This document shows, piece by piece, positions 58,441 through 64,000 of a stretch of 64,000 nucleotides of DNA. Every line of letters begins with the position of its first letter. Positions within the stretch are counted from its first letter, which is position 1. The DNA comes from an uncultured delta proteobacterium (lineage in GTDB: Bacteria > Desulfobacterota > Syntrophorhabdia > Syntrophorhabdales > WCHB1-27): NCBI GenBank assembly GCA_963810935.1, contig CAWEPK010000016.1, positions 1 through 64,000 of the forward strand. The letters are read 5' to 3'. The translations under genes were made by a program, and so were the position numbers. The notes beneath the pieces are model-generated. The model was not told the origin of the DNA, did not search any database, and saw only the letters and a list, made by a program, of their open reading frames with translations.

Positions 58441-61400
58441 TCATTTGCGTGTGCCCGTCCGCTCGCTGCCTTTATCGATTACCTTTCCGCCGAACCATGG
58501 CAGGAAGCGGCTCCTCTTACGCTCTTCTTTAAGTCTCTTGAACCCGTCACGGTCGAGGAACACATCTTTGCGGGCAGCGGATGCGACCGCTGCGCCAAAG
58601 GCGACAATGCCGTCGTCGAGGCGCTGCTTGTCCTTCTCGTTGGCGGCGACCGTCACTTGCACGTCCGTTTCCTGCATCCCCTGGCTGTCTCCTCCCTGCG
58701 GCGATTGATCGCCTTGCTGGTTGCCGTCTCCGGCGCCCGGCTGGCCCTGGTCGGTCCCCTGGCCCGTCGGCGAGGTCGATTGTCCTCCCTGGCCTTGCGA
58801 TTGTCCTCCCTGTTGGGTCGATTGCTGCCCCTGACCGGTCGTAGACTGCTGCCCGGGCTGAGTCGTGAAACCGGTAGAGCCCGTATGGCTCGACTGCTGC
58901 TGCTGCTGGCCCTGGAGGTCCTGATTGTTTGTGCCGGTATTCAAAGACGTAGAGAACGTGTTTGTCGAAGACCCGGTTCCGGTGAACGTGCCGGTTCCGG
59001 TGAACGTGCCGGTTCCGGTTCCCGTTACTCCTGCGATCAGCCTGATGGGCGATGTAGACGACTGCATGCCCGATTCGCCCCATTCGCCCGATTCGTTGCC
59101 TTGTGCGCTGTAAAGGGTGGAGAGCGGGCTCGCGAGGGGGTCGTCGCCGAACCAGAAGCAGGCGACCTGCGTCGTGCGCCCGTTTTCGACGACTATATAG
59201 GCGAACCGGCCGATCATGATGTCGCTGTTGAAATTACCGACAAATGCTGAATTACCGATACCGCCGATCATGATGTTTCTTCCGCCGCCTCCGCTCAACC
59301 AATCATGTCCGCCAAGCTCGATGTCTATGCTCTCTATGATCTCGCTATTGGCTGTCCATGCGATAGTGCCGACGCTTTCGCTATTGCCGGTCCAGGCGAC
59401 CCTGCCCCCGGCCCCGAAGATGATGTCGTTACCTGTGCCACCGAAGAGCCAGTTGTCGCCCGCGCCTCCTATGATGAGGTTGTTGCCGCCCGCAACACGG
59501 ATAACATCGTCCCCGCCCAGATAGTTATCAACGGAGTAGGCATCCTTGGGGAAGAGTCCCTGTTGATCGAAATCGATTTCCCCACTGTGTCCGATGACTA
59601 TGCTCGCGCTCGACGTCCTAGGGTCGGGCGTTGTCGTACCTCCCAGGGTGATCGTGTTGCTGCCGTATCCTCCGAAGACATAGTCGCTGCCGTTGCCCGC
59701 TGTGATGGTGTCGTTGCCACCTATCGACGAATTGGTCGTCTGGGCAGTGCCAAGCACGCCGGGTGACTGGTAGCTCACCTGGCCGTTGCTGCCGAAGATA
59801 ATGTTGCTGCCGTTTCCTGCCGTGAGCGTATTCGACCCCGAGCCGCCGAAGATGATATTGTTGCCGTTGCCGGCGTTAATGATGTTGTTCGACGCAAGCT
59901 GCACATCGATGCTCTGAGCGAGGCTGGGCGACCCGGCCGGGAAGAACTGGATCGACCCGTCTTCGCCGAAGATGATGTTATTGCCCGTGCCTGCAAGGCC
60001 CGCGGTAATGTTGTCCGAGCCCGTGCCGCCGAAGATGATGTTATTGCCCGTGCCCGCCGTGATAGTATCGTTGGCTCCGTTGGTCGCGTAGGTCGATTGG
60101 ACGGTGCCCAAAACGCCGGGCGACTGGTACTGCACGGAGCCGTTATCGCCAAAGATAATGCTGTTGCCGTTGCCTGAAGTGATGGTGTCCGCTCCGGAGC
60201 CGCCGAAGATGATGTTTTTGCCGTTGCCTGCCACGATTTGTTCATTCTGGGCAAGCTGCGGATCGGTTGTTTCGATCAGGCTGGCAGTGCCGGTTGTAAA
60301 GTACTGAATTAGCCCGTCGTGACCTATGATGATGTTGTTGCCCGTGCCTCCGAGACCGGCGGTAATGCTGTCGGAGCCGGAGCCGCCAAATATTGTATTA
60401 TTACCGGTGCCGGCCGTAATGGTATCGTTTGCCCCGACACCCGTGTTTGTAGTCTGGACCGTGCCCAGCACGCCGGGCGACTGGTAACTCACGGAGCCGT
60501 TGTCGCCGAAGATGATGCTGCCGCCGTTTCCGGTTGTGATCGTGTCCGCTCCGGAGCCGCCGAATACGATGTTGTTGCCGTTGCCGGTGTTGATGGTCAC
60601 GCTCCCCGCTAGCTGCGGGTCGGTAGTCTCGATCAGACTGGCCATGCCGTTGGAGAAGAACGTCATGCTTCCGTCATGACCCGTTATGACGTTGTTGCCT
60701 TCGCCTGCGGTAACCGAGTTAGTTCCGGTGCCGGAGGTCCCGGCCATGATGATGTTGTTACCGTTGCCCGCGATTATCGTTGCGGTGCCTCCCACGGTCG
60801 CGTTCGTCGTCTCTACGGAAGAGAGGAACCCGGTTGCAGCATAGTCCACCTCGCCGTTATGGCCGAAGACGATGCTGTTGCCGTCGCCGACCTTGATATT
60901 GCTCGTCCCGTCGCCACCCGTGATAACGTAATTGCCGCTGCCTCCCACACCTGCATTTATCGTGTCGTTCAGGCCCGTGCCCGGGTCCGTGGACTCGAAA
61001 GTCTGCATTACCGACGAGCCTGAGTAGAACCGGATTAGGCCGTTTGCGCCTGCGATGTAGGAGTTGCCGCTGCCCATCGTGATATGGTTCACGCCGGTGC
61101 CGCCGAAGATGTAATCCGTGCCCGTCGTATCACCTGCGTCGATGGTGACATTGCCGCCCGTCGTCGGGTTGGTTGTCTCCATCAGGGCGTAGAGGCCGCT
61201 CGTCTGGTAGTCGATCTCGCCGTTGTGGCCGAAGATGATGTTGCCGGCCGTGGTCGATCCGACGCCCGCATTTATCGTGTTCGCTCCGGATCCACCAAGG
61301 ATGATATTGCTCCCGATGCCGACATTTATCGTGTTGTTGCTGCCTACTGTGGGCATCGTCGTCTTTATAGAGGTAATGATGCCCGAGGTGTTGTTGTACG

Positions 61401-64000
61401 TTACCGTCCCGTCGTCGCCCAGCACGATATTATTGCCGTTACCGAGGCCGATCGTGTTACCTCCGGCCGCGCCGATCACGATGTTGTTGCCGTTTCCGAG
61501 ATTTATGGTGTCGCCCGTGCTCTCGTTGGGGCTGGTGCTCTGGATGTTCGTTATGATGCCTGCCGCCGTGGCGGCCACCTGACCGTAGCCCGCTATGACG
61601 ATGTTGTTGCCGTTGGCGCCCGCGTTTATGACGCTATCGCCTGCTTCGGCCAGGATAGTATTGTTCCCGCCGCCGGGGGTTATTGTGTCTGTGCCGGTAG
61701 TTGCCGTGTCGTACGTTGTCTCGATGAGTGTGGCGGGATGGACAAGGTTGTCGGTCTGGTTGATTGTAAGATCGGTCAGGCCCGGGTTCAGGGCAAGCCG
61801 TTCTGCGTAGGTCAGGCCGAGGCTCGTGATCAGGTTGCCTGATGCGTCGCGATAGTCGATCTCGCCCTGGTGGGCTATGATCGTGTCACCTCCCTGGCCG
61901 CCCAGGATCGTACTGCTCCCCGTTCCGCCGAAGATGACGAGTGGCGCGGTCGCGGCAGTGCCGTTTACATTGGAGGCGCTGGCGTTCAAGTAGTTGGTGC
62001 CGTTGCCGAGGTTGACGGCGAAGATGCCGCCCACCGAGTTATTGAGGCTTATCGCGACGTTATTGTTGCCGTTCCCCATATTGAAGACTGTGGTGGTCTG
62101 AAGAACGGTGGTCCCTACCACATCCGGCTCCAGGTTGCCCGTCACGTTCAGGGTATTGCCGTTGTTTCCGAGGAAGAACTCCATGGATTCGATGTTGTGG
62201 TAATCCAGGACGCTTCCCGGCGTCGTATTGTAGCCGGTCAGGTACATCCCCGCGCTCGTGCCGTTGAGCGTGAGGTTGGCAGTCGCCGCGGTGTCCCAGA
62301 TGGTTACGGCATCGATCTGCTGTGCTTCGTTGACGAAGAAATTCGGAGACAGATCGTTGAGGACCCAGCCGCTGCCGCTCGCCGGCAGCGCCGTCCAGTT
62401 CGACTGTATCTCATACGGGTCAAGGAGGGTAAGGGTTGTCTGGCCGGTGGTAGTACTGGCTGTCTCACCCGTAATCTGCCAGAAGCGACCTGATGCGCCG
62501 CTGTTGCCCGTGGGAGTTGTGGTGATCTCTATAGTCAGGCCTATCAGGTTGCTCAATGGCAACTGCGTGCTTGACTGGTAGATCTCGTCGAGCCATGTCT
62601 GGATATCCGTAGTCAGGACGTTCATTGTGTCGGTCGCACCGGATGTTCCTGTGCCGGAGAAAGACTGTACGATTCCATCCGTGGCCGCCACGTTCGTTTC
62701 GCCCGGCAGCATTACCGGAGACTTGATCGCGTCTTCCGGGGCAACCCCGCCGTCGATGGTGAGGCTCCCTTCTATCGAGCTAAGGTTGTAGGTCGGGGCG
62801 GGCAGCGTCGAAAGGTTGAGGTATTCAACCGCCCCGGTTGCGGATCTTTGGCCGGCGTCGATCTGCGTGCCGGTGGGCACGGCCCCGTCTAAGATGAAGT
62901 GGTCGCCGCCGAGGCCTCCGTAAAGCGTTACGTGTGCGATTGCAGGCGTGCTCAGTATATAGAAGGTGTCGTTGCCTTCCGCGCCGTCGATAATGACCGT
63001 CTGGATGTCCTCGTAAGTTATCGTCCTACCCGCGCCGTAAATGGCGTCATCGGTCACGACAAAGGTGTCGTCGAACTCCGTGGCGATGATCCGCATGATG
63101 TTGTTGCCCGCGCCGCCGTCTATCTCTATGGGGGCGTTTGCTACGTAGGTGATGGTGTTTGTCCCGGTCCCTTCATTGACGCGCGAGAGGACCGAGTTCT
63201 CCTGGACGAAGGACCTGATCGTGAACGAGTCGTTTCCTGCGCCTCCTACGAGGTCCAGGGTCGCCACGTTGCGGTAGACGGTGAAGTCGTTAGCGCCGTT
63301 GCCACCAATTATCGCCGTGTCATAGCTTACGCCGTTGCTCAGGTATCCCCTCGTGGTCAGCGTCGTCGTGAAGCTGTCCCCCGCCGCGATATTCGCATTG
63401 AGCGCGTCGCGCAGGGATTGGAAGATCTGGCCGACCTGGTACGTGTTATCGCCGCCTCCGCCGTAAATCGCCGTCTCGGTCCGGTTGTCGTCCAGGGTCA
63501 CGGTGTCGTTGCCGGTCCCCGTCTTGACCACTAGGTTGCTGATGGACGCAGTGTAGTTGATCCTCTCCACGTCGGATCCGTCGGGGTTCAGGTCTGCGAC
63601 GAACGCGTAGCCGGTAGGGTCGGTGCTGGCCCTAAGGAGCATGTTGTCCGCCCCGCTCGTGCCGTAAACGTTGAGGGTGGTGCCGGCCGTGAGCGGTGTA
63701 GCCGAGAGCTGGATTGTATTCGTATCGACGACGATCACGTAGTAAGCTTGTCCGTTGTTCAGGCCGCCGATACTTCCGCCGTTGCTATCGAACATCACGG
63801 TCGCCCCGTTCGTAAGCCCGTGGGAGTCGTATGTAATGGTAATGGGGCTATTGTCCGTAATGCTCACTTGCGCAGCCGAGAACGTGAGCGTCTGGAAAGG
63901 ATAGACGAGGCTGTTCATCGAGCCCGATGCGCCGTATCTCGTGAACGCGATCGGATTATCTTTGAGTGCGTCTTCCAGGGTGGACGCAAGTTGTATCTTA
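58441..64000 (-). CDS. Giant secreted RTX-like repetitive protein, partial (>1850 aa, 5' end outside window)
   Basis: Frame open to the window edge; many GGxGxD/N nonapeptides and IFGxxG motifs; Gly/Thr/Asn-rich. Confidence 0.9.
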   Translation of the reverse strand, partial: KIQLASTLEDALKDNPIAFTRYGASGSMNSLVYPFQTLTFSAAQVSITDNSPITITYDSHGLTNGATVMFDSNGGSIGGLNNGQAYYVIVVDTNTIQLSATPLTAGTTLNVYGTSGADNMLLRASTDPTGYAFVADLNPDGSDVERINYTASISNLVVKTGTGNDTVTLDDNRTETAIYGGGGDNTYQVGQIFQSLRDALNANIAAGDSFTTTLTTRGYLSNGVSYDTAIIGGNGANDFTVYRNVATLDLVGGAGNDSFTIRSFVQENSVLSRVNEGTGTNTITYVANAPIEIDGGAGNNIMRIIATEFDDTFVVTDDAIYGAGRTITYEDIQTVIIDGAEGNDTFYILSTPAIAHVTLYGGLGGDHFILDGAVPTGTQIDAGQRSATGAVEYLNLSTLPAPTYNLSSIEGSLTIDGGVAPEDAIKSPVMLPGETNVAATDGIVQSFSGTGTSGATDTMNVLTTDIQTWLDEIYQSSTQLPLSNLIGLTIEITTTPTGNSGASGRFWQITGETASTTTGQTTLTLLDPYEIQSNWTALPASGSGWVLNDLSPNFFVNEAQQIDAVTIWDTAATANLTLNGTSAGMYLTGYNTTPGSVLDYHNIESMEFFLGNNGNTLNVTGNLEPDVVGTTVLQTTTVFNMGNGNNNVAISLNNSVGGIFAVNLGNGTNYLNASASNVNGTAATAPLVIFGGTGSSTILGGQGGDTIIAHQGEIDYRDASGNLITSLGLTYAERLALNPGLTDLTINQTDNLVHPATLIETTYDTATTGTDTITPGGGNNTILAEAGDSVINAGANGNNIVIAGYGQVAATAAGIITNIQSTSPNESTGDTINLGNGNNIVIGAAGGNTIGLGNGNNIVLGDDGTVTYNNTSGIITSIKTTMPTVGSNNTINVGIGSNIILGGSGANTINAGVGSTTAGNIIFGHNGEIDYQTSGLYALMETTNPTTGGNVTIDAGDTTGTDYIFGGTGVNHITMGSGNSYIAGANGLIRFYSGSSVMQTFESTDPGTGLNDTINAGVGGSGNYVITGGDGTSNIKVGDGNSIVFGHNGEVDYAATGFLSSVETTNATVGGTATIIAGNGNNIIMAGTSGTGTNSVTAGEGNNVITGHDGSMTFFSNGMASLIETTDPQLAGSVTINTGNGNNIVFGGSGADTITTGNGGSIIFGDNGSVSYQSPGVLGTVQTTNTGVGANDTITAGTGNNTIFGGSGSDSITAGLGGTGNNIIIGHDGLIQYFTTGTASLIETTDPQLAQNEQIVAGNGKNIIFGGSGADTITSGNGNSIIFGDNGSVQYQSPGVLGTVQSTYATNGANDTITAGTGNNIIFGGTGSDNITAGLAGTGNNIIFGEDGSIQFFPAGSPSLAQSIDVQLASNNIINAGNGNNIIFGGSGSNTLTAGNGSNIIFGSNGQVSYQSPGVLGTAQTTNSSIGGNDTITAGNGSDYVFGGYGSNTITLGGTTTPDPRTSSASIVIGHSGEIDFDQQGLFPKDAYSVDNYLGGDDVIRVAGGNNLIIGGAGDNWLFGGTGNDIIFGAGGRVAWTGNSESVGTIAWTANSEIIESIDIELGGHDWLSGGGGRNIMIGGIGNSAFVGNFNSDIMIGRFAYIVVENGRTTQVACFWFGDDPLASPLSTLYSAQGNESGEWGESGMQSSTSPIRLIAGVTGTGTGTFTGTGTFTGTGSSTNTFSTSLNTGTNNQDLQGQQQQQSSHTGSTGFTTQPGQQSTTGQGQQSTQQGGQSQGQGGQSTSPTGQGTDQGQPGAGDGNQQGDQSPQGGDSQGMQETDVQVTVAANEKDKQRLDDGIVAFGAAVASAARKDVFLDRDGFKRLKEERKRSRFLPWFGGKVIDKGSERTGTRK
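58973..59019. repeat. 18-bp tandem repeat (about 2.6 copies) encoding TGTGTF
   Basis: CCGGTTCCGGTGAACGTG x2 plus a partial copy. Confidence 0.85.
59650..60720 (-). repeat. Three 357-bp (119-aa) internal repeats in the giant protein (ends approximate)
   Basis: The YQSPGVLGT anchor recurs at 60481, 60124 and 59767. Confidence 0.8.

Noticed and set aside
58973..60720. CRISPR array
   Set aside because: The repeats are in-frame coding repeats with no unique spacers and no cas genes

Overview
Bacterial window of roughly 60% GC, with a Desulfobacterota/deltaproteobacterial-type gene complement (inference). It has five blocks. (1) 1-4.4 kb: the 3' end of a radical SAM/SPASM gene, then a ~4 kb decayed integrated element. 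It is bounded by a 28-bp 5' fragment of tRNA-Ala and an intact tRNA-Ala(GGC), with a tyrosine-integrase C-terminal remnant beside the tRNA. (2) 4.6-23.6 kb: an MlaE/F/D-PqiC MCE transporter, a ferritin-like DUF892 gene flanked by perfect 19-bp inverted repeats, and a sulfatase cluster (two arylsulfatases, an anaerobic sulfatase maturase, two DUF4239 proteins, a pentameric ligand-gated ion channel homolog, a DUF3313 lipoprotein, a beta-barrel and a rhodanese). (3) 24-43.5 kb: a hybrid kinase plus REC-PAS-GGDEF-EAL, then an apparent phosphate-starvation regulon. Pho-box-like 11-bp-period repeats sit 10 nt (in one case 11 nt) before a -10 box upstream of an OlsF-like acyltransferase, PhoH2, a PhoB-like regulator, pstS-kinase, and an uncharacterised operon (putative GS/GCS-fold ligase, PSD-like decarboxylase, Lgt-like transferase, DedA). 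That operon may be a new phosphorus-sparing lipid pathway. (4) 43.6-46.7 kb: general stress genes (CsbD, BON, DUF1328) and a Gly-rich secreted protein. (5) 46.9-64 kb: a four-gene modification cassette (DUF3467 fused to an ABBA-prenyltransferase-like domain, radical SAM, unknown, O-methyltransferase). It converges on a secretion locus with no ABC transporter in the window (giant RTX-like protein, DUF3467, GAF-HlyD, PqqD/RRE-M50-HlyD, accessory SecA, adaptor). Several single-base indels and nonsense changes in otherwise intact genes suggest sequencing or assembly error, so pseudogene calls need caution. No CRISPR array or rRNA was seen. All family assignments come from motif recognition by eye, not database searches.
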